Of a DNA stretch of 31,184 bases, positions 8,337 to 17,006 are shown piece after piece. The stretch is from an uncultured Candidatus Saccharibacteria bacterium (lineage in GTDB: Bacteria; Patescibacteriota; Minisyncoccia; Phycocordibacterales; PALSA-1337): positions 1 to 31,184 of the forward strand of contig CAYSPX010000004.1 in the NCBI GenBank assembly GCA_964433125.1. The letters are read 5' to 3'. Both the position numbers and the translations under genes were made by a program. Each line of letters opens with the position of its first letter. Position 1 is the first letter of the stretch. The notes under the pieces are model-generated. The model worked only from the letters and a program-made list of their open reading frames with translations. It was not told where the DNA came from and made no database searches.

Positions 8337-9320
8337 CTAACTAATATGCAATATTTTTCTTAAAAAAGCAAATCTGTGTGAATATTTATAAATATAAACA
8401 CATTTAACAACCAGCGGAAATAGTAACACTCTCATTTTAAAATAAATTAATTTAGAAATCTTAATATCACCTGAAATATCTCTTTTTTTTGCTACTAATC
8501 TAATATGGTGAGTATTAAGACCCTCTTTCTTCTGTTGACTTATTTCTTCTATTGTTTTTCCTTCATCTACATCCATATACACTATATCAAAACCTGCTTT
8601 TCTACACATGAGAGATAGTGTATCTGGTGTAAACATATAAACATGATCTATTTGAACACCTGAATCCAACCTACCCATTCTGTAGACCTGATGTTTCCAA
8701 TTTTTTACTGCCAAAAAAATATGATCACCATTATCCAAAACATTGTTTGACCACAATAGAAATTTCATAGGATCAAGAAGGTGGTTTAAACTTTGAACAC
8801 ACAATATATTCTTTATCTTATAGTTAGAATTAATATTAATATCTTCAAATAACCCACGAATAGTATTTACACCTTTTGACTGTGCGTACAATGACTCCTC
8901 TAAAGAAGGTTCGATGCCGAGTAGATCTAAATTGGGACGTAATTCTTTCATTCCATACAAAATTCCACCAGTACTTGATCCAACATCAACAGTTAACCCA
9001 TCCTTGATATACTTCCCCATATGCAAAACTATTGCCTTGCCAAATTTACGGGCATTTTCAAAGTTTATATTTAAATTTGAACTGTATTTCTTTTTCTTAA
9101 TTTCAGCACGATCATATCTATAATGTATTTTATAATACTCGTCATAATCACCACTTGTCATTCTTGGATTTATGAAAATCAAACTACATTTTTTACACAT
9201 CACTGTATTAACTTTCAAATCATTTACACTTTTTCTTACAATAATCTTATGATCCGAGCTTCCACACAAATTACAGGGAATATATTCCAATATCTTTTCG
9301 TTATAATTAAAAATATTCAT
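8337..9320 (-). CDS. Class I SAM-dependent methyltransferase with N-terminal Cys4 (CxxC...CxxC) domain, paralog 1
   Basis: CNLC...CKKC, motif I VDVGSSTG, GIEPS, QSLNHLLDP. Confidence 0.82.
   Translation of the reverse strand: MNIFNYNEKILEYIPCNLCGSSDHKIIVRKSVNDLKVNTVMCKKCSLIFINPRMTSGDYDEYYKIHYRYDRAEIKKKKYSSNLNINFENARKFGKAIVLHMGKYIKDGLTVDVGSSTGGILYGMKELRPNLDLLGIEPSLEESLYAQSKGVNTIRGLFEDININSNYKIKNILCVQSLNHLLDPMKFLLWSNNVLDNGDHIFLAVKNWKHQVYRMGRLDSGVQIDHVYMFTPDTLSLMCRKAGFDIVYMDVDEGKTIEEISQQKKEGLNTHHIRLVAKKRDISGDIKISKLIYFKMRVLLFPLVVKCVYIYKYSHRFAFLRKILHIS
8629..8653 (+). repeat. 25-nt exact dispersed repeat, copy 1 (copy 2 at 12275-12299)
   Basis: GTAAACATATAAACATGATCTATTT occurs in both methyltransferase paralogs and encodes IDHVYMFT on the minus strand. 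Confidence 0.9.
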
Positions 9321-9321
9321 T

Positions 9322-10680
9322 TTATTTTATTAAATCAATCATATAATTTGCAATTCTCTTTCCAGATTTTCCATCAATAAATGAACACTGCTCCATCACC
9401 AATCTTGACCTTTCCCTTCTATTTAACTCAGGGTTTTCTAAATATTTATTAATCATTATAATTAATTCTTCTTTGTTATTAACCAGACTAATACCTCCTG
9501 TATTTAATGCGGCCTTATAATGAGTTGATTGATAGTGCTGTATTGATGATTTTAACAGAAACCTAGATTTGGTAAGTTCAAAATTTATATTAATAATTGG
9601 TTTGTCATTTACTGCCGCATCTATACTAATACTTGAAGCATAACATATTAATAAAGACATGTGTTGTAAGGTATTACATAGATGATCAATATCTAAATTA
9701 TTCATATCCCAATCAACACCTCTTTTAGAACCAAATCTAATTCCCGGTACATCATATTTTAAATTTGGTCTTTTACTAATTTCTAATTCATTAATAAAAT
9801 CATTTGGCTGAAATCTAACTAATAATTCACAGTTGTTAATTGTTTTATTGATATAGATTAAATCAGTTAATAAATCAATAATATCCCAATCCGATGAACC
9901 AAATGATCTACCTATTGGAGCATATACTATTAATTTTTTATTGATATCAAAACCCTTTTCTTTGAAAAAAACTTCTCGAGAAACCTTATTCTTGTCATAG
10001 AATATATCGTACTGTGGCAATCCACTTACAAATATATTATCGGCTGTCATTTCATTGAAGGAAATAAGCTCATTTTTTACGATATTATTAAAAACAATAG
10101 CCTTATCAGGTAGTATTCTGATAATACAACGTGATGTGACCTTGTCCCACGAATTAATGTATCCTATTGTTGTAATACCTCTTTTTTTTGCTGCTCTAAG
10201 TAGATTGATTTCAAGATTATCAAATAAATGCCCCATGAAGACAATACTCGGTGAGTATTTATCGAAATATAAATCAAAGGTGTTATCTGCGACTAGTAAA
10301 TAATCTAGATATCTAACGATTACTCTCACGGTTGGGCGGGCAAGTATAAAATTTAATAAGTCTACAAAATGATATTTCAAATATCCACCACTGTAATCAT
10401 ATGCCATTTTTCTCTTTAGATTTGTTGTATCTGTTCTAAGTAGAATAAACTTTATTTTCTCAAAAAAATTATTAATTTTTGATTTTGCTATTGATTCTAC
10501 CACCTCAAAGTACAGTCGCTGATGAGAAAACTCGTTTTGATAATAATCTCTCTTTTCTTGAGATTTAGTAAACAATACAATTCTTAGATCCTCATCAAGT
10601 AAAAGGTTTTTCAAAATAGAAGTTCTGAGTATATTCTTTGCTTCAACACCTTCAAATATTGTGATAAATATAGTTTTCAT
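9322..10680 (-). CDS. GT-B fold transferase, TagF/sialyltransferase-like, SWD motif paralog 1 (putative nonulosonate transferase)
   Basis: INSWDKVTSR, SGLPQYD, VRFQP, SSISIDAAVNDKPII; colinear similarity to 10691-12010 and 13011-14360. Function inferred from context. Confidence 0.6.
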   Translation of the reverse strand: MKTIFITIFEGVEAKNILRTSILKNLLLDEDLRIVLFTKSQEKRDYYQNEFSHQRLYFEVVESIAKSKINNFFEKIKFILLRTDTTNLKRKMAYDYSGGYLKYHFVDLLNFILARPTVRVIVRYLDYLLVADNTFDLYFDKYSPSIVFMGHLFDNLEINLLRAAKKRGITTIGYINSWDKVTSRCIIRILPDKAIVFNNIVKNELISFNEMTADNIFVSGLPQYDIFYDKNKVSREVFFKEKGFDINKKLIVYAPIGRSFGSSDWDIIDLLTDLIYINKTINNCELLVRFQPNDFINELEISKRPNLKYDVPGIRFGSKRGVDWDMNNLDIDHLCNTLQHMSLLICYASSISIDAAVNDKPIININFELTKSRFLLKSSIQHYQSTHYKAALNTGGISLVNNKEELIIMINKYLENPELNRRERSRLVMEQCSFIDGKSGKRIANYMIDLIK

Positions 10681-10690
10681 TATATTTAAA

Positions 10691-12010
10691 TTAATTAATA
10701 AGGCTATTGAGAAGTCTTTCAGTAGAAAGACTATCAGTGAAAGTTGCTTCTAATTTTTTTAGTTCTTGCCTTTGCTTAAAATTTGAATTTTTATCATTAA
10801 TATATAGCATGAGATACTTTATTAGTTCGTCATGATTTTGGGCATATTTAACACCACCACTTTCAATAACGGGTTTAAAGTTATCATAATCATAAAAACG
10901 CCTAACGCTATCATAATATCCTTTATTCTCATAACCATCAAAACCAAAAATGATTACAGGTTTATTCATAAAAATAGAATCGAGTATCATCGTTGATGGT
11001 CCTGAAACCACAATATCTGAAAAGAAAAGTGTTTGATTCAAATGAGAATCTTCATCATATTTTATCTCAGTCTGTTTAATGTTTTCGTGTGATTTACTTA
11101 CTCTATCATATCTCACATTAATTCTCTCAAACTGATTGGGTTTATCCTCCAACCCTCTAACATAGTCTCCTGGCGGTAATCTTACAAGAATTTGAAAATC
11201 CAATGGTAATGCCTTATTTAATATATCAACCATATCTCTATCTACATTATTCCATTTCAAATATCTGTCACCGATTGGTATATACAACAATATCTTTTTA
11301 CTAATATCACCACCTATTTTTTCAAAAAAAGATTTTTTATCAAATGAATCATTTTTACTATATTTATCATAATGAGGTATACCAATAATTGAAACCGTAG
11401 ATGCATTAATTAAATGATATTTTATAGCTTCTTCTTTTATAATATTATTCCAGACCAAGATCTTGTGTGGAATACAACGAATCAATCCTTTTGAAGTTAG
11501 ATTATCCCACGACCTAACCATTCCAATAGTCCTCAGTCCTTTCTTTCTAGACTCCACCATCAAAGCCACATCAATGTCGTTTTGAATATCAGTCGAGAAA
11601 ATTAAAAAAGGTTTAAATTCGTCAAATAGTTCAGAAAAAATATATTTTCTGTATGACAATAATTCTACTTTTCTAATCAATTTTATAAAAAAATAATTAG
11701 ATGCAATATACTTAAAATATTTTCCACTTCCATCCATTTCTGTACTACGCTTAATATTTAGTGTTTTTGTATTCAGAGCTGCTAATGAAAGGTACCTCAA
11801 AAAAGACTCTCTTAGAGTAAGTTTTAGCTTAACCGATCTAATTAGAATATCTTTGTCTCCAAAATTATTCTCAAAGTAATCAATTTTTCCATCTGGCACA
11901 ATGATAACTATTTGTATATTATTTGAATTTAATTTTTGAAGAATACCTGTAGATAGAATATTACGAGATATTAGTGGGTGACAACTTGTTATAAAAATTG
12001 TTTTTTTCAT
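10691..12010 (-). CDS. GT-B fold transferase, TagF/sialyltransferase-like, SWD motif paralog 2
   Basis: VRSWDNLTSK, IGIPHYD, VRLPP, PSTMILDSIFMNKPVI. ATGA overlap with the upstream methyltransferase stop (12007-12010). Confidence 0.6.
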   Translation of the reverse strand: MKKTIFITSCHPLISRNILSTGILQKLNSNNIQIVIIVPDGKIDYFENNFGDKDILIRSVKLKLTLRESFLRYLSLAALNTKTLNIKRSTEMDGSGKYFKYIASNYFFIKLIRKVELLSYRKYIFSELFDEFKPFLIFSTDIQNDIDVALMVESRKKGLRTIGMVRSWDNLTSKGLIRCIPHKILVWNNIIKEEAIKYHLINASTVSIIGIPHYDKYSKNDSFDKKSFFEKIGGDISKKILLYIPIGDRYLKWNNVDRDMVDILNKALPLDFQILVRLPPGDYVRGLEDKPNQFERINVRYDRVSKSHENIKQTEIKYDEDSHLNQTLFFSDIVVSGPSTMILDSIFMNKPVIIFGFDGYENKGYYDSVRRFYDYDNFKPVIESGGVKYAQNHDELIKYLMLYINDKNSNFKQRQELKKLEATFTDSLSTERLLNSLIN

Positions 12011-12957
12011 TTATTCATCAAAATACGTGGAATTTTAGTAAATAAAAAATACTTTGCATAAACTATATACTTATTTGTTAATAACAATGTCCTAAAATAA
12101 TTATTAGGATCTATTATAATTTTCTTAAATGGAACAACATTTAGTTTTCGACCGATAATTCTTATGTGTATACTTGGTATTCCTTGAGTCTTTGGTTTCT
12201 TTTTGTACTCATCTACCTCCATCACCAATATTTCAAATCCAGCTGATTTTACAAAATCTCTCAAAACTTCTGGAGTAAACATATAAACATGATCTATTTT
12301 AACAGCATTATTTATCTTTCCAGCCTTATATAATTGCTCTCTAAAATTCATTACTTCGATAAGGATAATTCCTCCATCTACTAATGATTTATGTGACCAT
12401 TCTAAGAAATATCTCGGATCAAGAAAATGATTTAGAGATTGAGTACTAATAATTACTGCGCATCTCTCAACCCTTAAGTAATCTTCAATTAAAGTATTGT
12501 GAGTTACAATTCCTTTACTGTTTGCATACTCAGACTCTTTAAAAGAGGGTTCTAGACCAATAACTTCTCTATTTATTTTTTGACGTATACCCTCCAAAAC
12601 ACCACCGACACCAGATCCAACCTCCATAATTGACCCTTCAACCTTCAAGTACGGCTTAATAAATTCCGCCAAGAAATACCCGTGACGTATTGTAGAATCA
12701 AAAAGCTTTTTACAGTCAAAACCTGAACCCATATCACCATTGACTATACTTTTATCTCGATATTCTTGTTCATAATATAAACCATAACTACTCTTAGTCA
12801 TTCTAGGATTGATAAAAATCAAACCACATATCTTACATATGACTGAATTTAATTTTAAACCATCCTTACCCTTAGTTGACATAACGTGATAATTTTCATT
12901 TTTGCAAAAATTACATGGTATGTATTCTTTTTCAATTGTGTTGTATGGAAAAGACAT
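12007..12957 (-). CDS. Class I SAM-dependent methyltransferase with N-terminal Cys4 domain, paralog 2
   Basis: CNFC...CKIC, LIFINPRMT, MEVGSGVG, GLEPS, QSLNHFLDP, IDHVYMFTP; clearly homologous to 8337-9320. Confidence 0.82.
   Translation of the reverse strand: MSFPYNTIEKEYIPCNFCKNENYHVMSTKGKDGLKLNSVICKICGLIFINPRMTKSSYGLYYEQEYRDKSIVNGDMGSGFDCKKLFDSTIRHGYFLAEFIKPYLKVEGSIMEVGSGVGGVLEGIRQKINREVIGLEPSFKESEYANSKGIVTHNTLIEDYLRVERCAVIISTQSLNHFLDPRYFLEWSHKSLVDGGIILIEVMNFREQLYKAGKINNAVKIDHVYMFTPEVLRDFVKSAGFEILVMEVDEYKKKPKTQGIPSIHIRIIGRKLNVVPFKKIIIDPNNYFRTLLLTNKYIVYAKYFLFTKIPRILMNK
12275..12299 (+). repeat. 25-nt exact dispersed repeat, copy 2 (copy 1 at 8629-8653)
   Basis: Identical to 8629-8653; extends to 31 nt with one mismatch (12269-12299 vs 8623-8653). 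Confidence 0.9.
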
Positions 12958-12984
12958 TTTATACTAAATAGTGAAATAATATAT

Positions 12985-12993
12985 ATTATAACA
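12985..12993 (-). promoter_or_regulatory. Putative internal extended -10 promoter (TGTTATAAT)
   Basis: Perfect TGnTATAAT in the 53-bp gap, the largest in this minus-strand run, 27 nt before the ATG at 12957. Confidence 0.45.
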
Positions 12994-13010
12994 TATACAC
13001 CTTCAATATA

Positions 13011-14360
13011 TCATATTATTTCTTTTAGGAAATCTACATTTCTTTTAAATGAGAGTCCGTCTTTAAAATAAATAAATTCATCTAATACCTTATTTTGACA
13101 ATCAATTTTAACTTCTGGATTCTTTAGACACTCATTTACTGAGTCAACTAATTGATCAAAACTCTTTGCCAAAAAAACAGCATTGTAATCTACTATTGGC
13201 TTGTAGTGTCTGAAATGATACGCATTATGATACTTTTCAGGATAATCAATATTTACAACCGGTTTTGAAAAAATAAATGATTCTAGAGTCATTGTTGAAA
13301 CGTAATTGATCACAACATCAGAATACATTAATGTATTCTTTAAATTACTCATATCCTCTATACCAATCTCAATTCTTGTCCCCATCTCTTCTGAAAGTAA
13401 CTTTCCTGGATACTCTACGTGCAAATTTCTAATTTTACCACTAGAGTAAGCCTGAAACTTACTGAAATCCTCTTTTGGATGCATTCTTACAAAAATATTT
13501 GGTTCGTCGCCAAACCTACCCTGACTTCTAGCACGTAATAAATCATCAAGAACCTTATCCTCATCTGGATAATTTCCTTTCGTGACAGTGGTAATTAAAA
13601 TAGTTTTTCTATCAGGATCAAGATTTTTACTTATTAAAAACTCTCTCCGTGATAATTTTTTATACTCACTAGTAAAGTAAGTATCAAAACGCATTACACC
13701 AGAAACAAAAACATTTCCTGCACTATAACCATACTCATTTACTGCTGTATTCTTAATTATATTATTCCACACAATTAAATAATCTGGTCTTCGAAAATGC
13801 ATACCACCGTTATGCAAATTGTCCCAACTAAAATTAATCGAAGCTGTCTTTATTCCAGCTCTTTTTGATAATATTATAGCTTCGGCATCCAAATGACTAA
13901 ATCCTGGTGTCGCAGTAAGTACAATTGATGGATTATATTTTTTAACCAAATTGTTAAATATTTTAGATTCAGGCGCAAGAATCATTTCTAATTTAGTAAA
14001 TAAATCATTTGTCCAAAATGACTTTGGAGCTAGAAAAGAAACAAGTCCCAAGATCTTCCTTTTCCAACCACGCATACCCTTAGCTTTATTTCTGATAACC
14101 ACAGGTTCAAAATCATATTGCCTGATGAGGGAGTATCTGAGATATTTACCAAATATATTCCAAAATACAGGTGATTGAACATTCCACTTAATATATTCTA
14201 TGTTATCTGACATAAAATATTCTTTATTATCTGAACAGAAAGCCTGTGGTGGTATAAGAACAATTACCCTATAATTTTGTGATAAATATTTAATATACTC
14301 TGTTCTGAGAAAATCAGAAGAGTAGACAAAATTGGAAACAAACAAAAAAACTGTTTTCAT
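13011..14360 (-). CDS. GT-B fold transferase, TagF/sialyltransferase-like, SWD motif paralog 3
   Basis: NFSWDNLHNG, SGVMRFD, VRMHP, STMTLESFIFSKPVV. Start moved from 14378 to ATG 14360 because MKTVF matches the paralog starts MKTIF and MKKTIF. Confidence 0.6.
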   Translation of the reverse strand: MKTVFLFVSNFVYSSDFLRTEYIKYLSQNYRVIVLIPPQAFCSDNKEYFMSDNIEYIKWNVQSPVFWNIFGKYLRYSLIRQYDFEPVVIRNKAKGMRGWKRKILGLVSFLAPKSFWTNDLFTKLEMILAPESKIFNNLVKKYNPSIVLTATPGFSHLDAEAIILSKRAGIKTASINFSWDNLHNGGMHFRRPDYLIVWNNIIKNTAVNEYGYSAGNVFVSGVMRFDTYFTSEYKKLSRREFLISKNLDPDRKTILITTVTKGNYPDEDKVLDDLLRARSQGRFGDEPNIFVRMHPKEDFSKFQAYSSGKIRNLHVEYPGKLLSEEMGTRIEIGIEDMSNLKNTLMYSDVVINYVSTMTLESFIFSKPVVNIDYPEKYHNAYHFRHYKPIVDYNAVFLAKSFDQLVDSVNECLKNPEVKIDCQNKVLDEFIYFKDGLSFKRNVDFLKEII

Positions 14361-14400
14361 GGTAAAGTATTCTATCATACATATAACAAACAGTAATAAT
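14361..14400. promoter_or_regulatory. 40-bp divergent intergenic region with overlapping -10-like elements
   Basis: Minus strand TGATAGAAT (14377..14369) lies 8 nt before ATG 14360. Plus strand TATCAT (14373-14378) and TATAAC (14382-14387) precede ATG 14401. Confidence 0.4.
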
Positions 14401-15519
14401 ATGAAGAAAATTAATGTACTAATTTGGATCGCTTGTAGTTGGGCAATGTATCCTCTAATAGTTTACTTATCATCACGAAGATCTATAGAAAAGACAGATA
14501 GAAAACGCATATTAATTATGCCACAACTTACTCGTATAGGTGATATTGTATGCTCAACACCTGTATTTTATAACATAAAAAAATCCTATCCAGACAGTTA
14601 TATTTCTGTATTGGTATCCAAAAAGGCAATTGACATTATAAAAAATAATATAAGAATAGATAATATTATTATCATAGAAGATTATACGACCTGGGGACTA
14701 ATAAAAAAAATACAAAGTGAAAGAATAGAATGGTCGATAAATCTTACTGCTACTTCAGTCAACACATATCTTACCTTTCTGGGACTGATTCCTAATAGAA
14801 TTAAAACAGTTGTTGAAAAACCACCAATAACAGAGAAAATTACTGATAGTCTTTCAAATTACAGACTAATGTACAAAAATCACACATATCTACCAAGACA
14901 TCACCTAAAGCTCCTAAAATTTATGGGTATTGATGATACCGTCGACAAGAAAGAAGTTTTCTTGTCTAATTCTGGTAATGAAAAAGTACTTTTGTTAAAA
15001 AAGGGTTTACCACTCAACCATAAAATCATTGGATTGAGTATAACTGCTGGAAATAAGATTAAGGAATTAGGTGATCATAAATTTAAAATTATTGCTGATG
15101 AATTACTAAAAATAGATGATGTTGTAATATTTTGTCTAGGTTCAAAAAATGATAAGAATAGAATAGATAATTTTACTAAAGGGGTAAGTAACAGCGGAAG
15201 ATGTTTTGCTGTAACCGATTTTAATCTAGAAGAATTACCTTCATTAATGAAATGTTTTTCCTTATATATCGCTGTTGATACAGGTCCAATTTATATAGCA
15301 CATGCTCTTGGAATACCTTTAATAGATATTATCGGCCCAGTAGATCCAAGAGAACAGCCACCAAATGATGCTAATAGTATTCAAATTCTCCCAAAGGGTG
15401 GCATAGAACCATCATCATTTGTATTTAAGGAGCGTGGTTCACTGGAGGACATAAAATCTGCAATAGATTCTATTAATATAGCAGATATTATATCTGAAGC
15501 AAAAAAGTTTTTAGACTGA
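14401..15519 (+). CDS. Glycosyltransferase family 9 (heptosyltransferase-like)
   Basis: RIGDIVCSTP and IAVDTGPIYIAHALGIPLIDIIGP motifs. Start moved from 14332 to ATG 14401 to remove a head-to-head overlap. Confidence 0.8.
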   Translation: MKKINVLIWIACSWAMYPLIVYLSSRRSIEKTDRKRILIMPQLTRIGDIVCSTPVFYNIKKSYPDSYISVLVSKKAIDIIKNNIRIDNIIIIEDYTTWGLIKKIQSERIEWSINLTATSVNTYLTFLGLIPNRIKTVVEKPPITEKITDSLSNYRLMYKNHTYLPRHHLKLLKFMGIDDTVDKKEVFLSNSGNEKVLLLKKGLPLNHKIIGLSITAGNKIKELGDHKFKIIADELLKIDDVVIFCLGSKNDKNRIDNFTKGVSNSGRCFAVTDFNLEELPSLMKCFSLYIAVDTGPIYIAHALGIPLIDIIGPVDPREQPPNDANSIQILPKGGIEPSSFVFKERGSLEDIKSAIDSINIADIISEAKKFLD

Positions 15520-16914
15520 TCTAACCTTGTTAGTAATTTTATTTATCCAGACTAGAATAATGAATTTAACTTTACTAAGTATTTCTCGGTCATTAGAATT
15601 AAAACTAAAAATTACTGATAAGTCAAAATGGAAATCATGATTTTTATTTTTTGTATAAAGATATGTTGTGACAACCATAACAAAAGGTATGATTACAGAT
15701 TCTAGAGCCAACCCCCACAGACCTATTAATGGTATGGTTACGGTAATGAATAAAATTGATAGTAGGTTTCTAAGTATATGAAGAAAAAAGAGATATTTTT
15801 GCTTCCTTAGTGCAATTATATAATTACCAATCATTATCCCACTAGCAAATATCGGGAGATTAATTAACATTAAATAAAAAAATGGTAACGACGCATTATA
15901 TTTTGAAAAATATATATGCACTACTGGGGGAACTATTAGCAATGATATTAGTGCTATAATCACACCTGCAAAAGCGAAGTACTTCACACCATAAGAAAAC
16001 ATCCTAATTGATCTTGCCTTGTCTCTAATCCATAGCGGCACCAAAGACTGTAGAGTGTTTGAAGGTAGTACGTCCTGTAGTGTGGTAATCATAGTTTCTG
16101 CAATAGAAAATATAGCGACAGCTTCAGTACCAATATATAATTTAATTAACCATGGCTTAATTCGAAAAGTAATTTTATTTGATATTTGTCTAAATACATC
16201 CCAAGATCCATAAGTAAGAAATATATTCCAAACAATTACCCTCTTTGTCATTTCAATATTACTCCATTTAAAATATAGTTTAAAAAACCTAAAAAGAATC
16301 AAGGTTGTACTTACAGCTGAAGCGATTACAATTGATAAAATCAATTGTTTTAAACCAAGATTACCCTGTACAAAAAAATAAATAAGTATGAGTGATTGTA
16401 TAAATTTGTTAATTGTATATCTCAATGAAATTACTGAAAACTCTAGCACTACCAAGCAATACATTTTAACTACCGAAAATATACCTTCACTTATTAATAG
16501 GAAAGATATAATTCTCATATCTTTTATAAAATCTATATCATATTTAGTAAAAAAATATGTAGCGCCAAAGAAAAAAACTAACCATACAACAAAACTAATG
16601 ATTAGCCTGAATATGGAGTATTCAATAAATATTCTTTTTGCATCAGATAATCGTCTATCAGCAATAGAACGAGAGATCTCATTTGAAACTACAGCCGAAC
16701 CCAGATTTAAGAAATCTGATGGAATACCAGAAAAAGACAATAGTAGTTGAAATACTCCATATTGATACAAAGTAAGGGAAGTAATCGTTAAAAAGGTATT
16801 CAATAAACCAATGCATTTGGTAGATAAATTCCAAAAAGTGGATATTGCCTCCCCTTTTAGGAACATTTTTATGAAGGAATTATTATAATCCATTTGTGAA
16901 TTCATATTATGCAT
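15511..16914 (-). CDS. wzx: Wzx-type oligosaccharide flippase (MOP superfamily)
   Basis: About 467 aa with roughly 12 hydrophobic segments, early YG motif (LYQYGVFQL) and AVAIFS in the second half; polysaccharide-locus context. The start could be one of several nearby Met codons. Confidence 0.75.
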   Translation of the reverse strand: MHNMNSQMDYNNSFIKMFLKGEAISTFWNLSTKCIGLLNTFLTITSLTLYQYGVFQLLLSFSGIPSDFLNLGSAVVSNEISRSIADRRLSDAKRIFIEYSIFRLIISFVVWLVFFFGATYFFTKYDIDFIKDMRIISFLLISEGIFSVVKMYCLVVLEFSVISLRYTINKFIQSLILIYFFVQGNLGLKQLILSIVIASAVSTTLILFRFFKLYFKWSNIEMTKRVIVWNIFLTYGSWDVFRQISNKITFRIKPWLIKLYIGTEAVAIFSIAETMITTLQDVLPSNTLQSLVPLWIRDKARSIRMFSYGVKYFAFAGVIIALISLLIVPPVVHIYFSKYNASLPFFYLMLINLPIFASGIMIGNYIIALRKQKYLFFLHILRNLLSILFITVTIPLIGLWGLALESVIIPFVMVVTTYLYTKNKNHDFHFDLSVIFSFNSNDREILSKVKFIILVWINKITNKVRSV

Positions 16915-17006
16915 AATAACATATTAATTGAGGTAAATATAAGCCCAAGCTAAGTATTATTTTTTATAAGTTTGCACGACAAGCAATTATAATCTAAAAT
17001 ACAAAG

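Noticed and set aside
9322-14360. Calling the three SWD proteins teichoic-acid polymerases (TagF/TagB)
   Set aside because: There is no WHG motif, two lack HP, and no tagD, tagA or tagO is in the window. The fold resemblance is kept; the function is not.
14332-14378. Apparent head-to-head overlap of the GT9 and SWD transferase ORFs
   Set aside because: It disappears with ATG 14360 (matching paralog N-termini) and ATG 14401.
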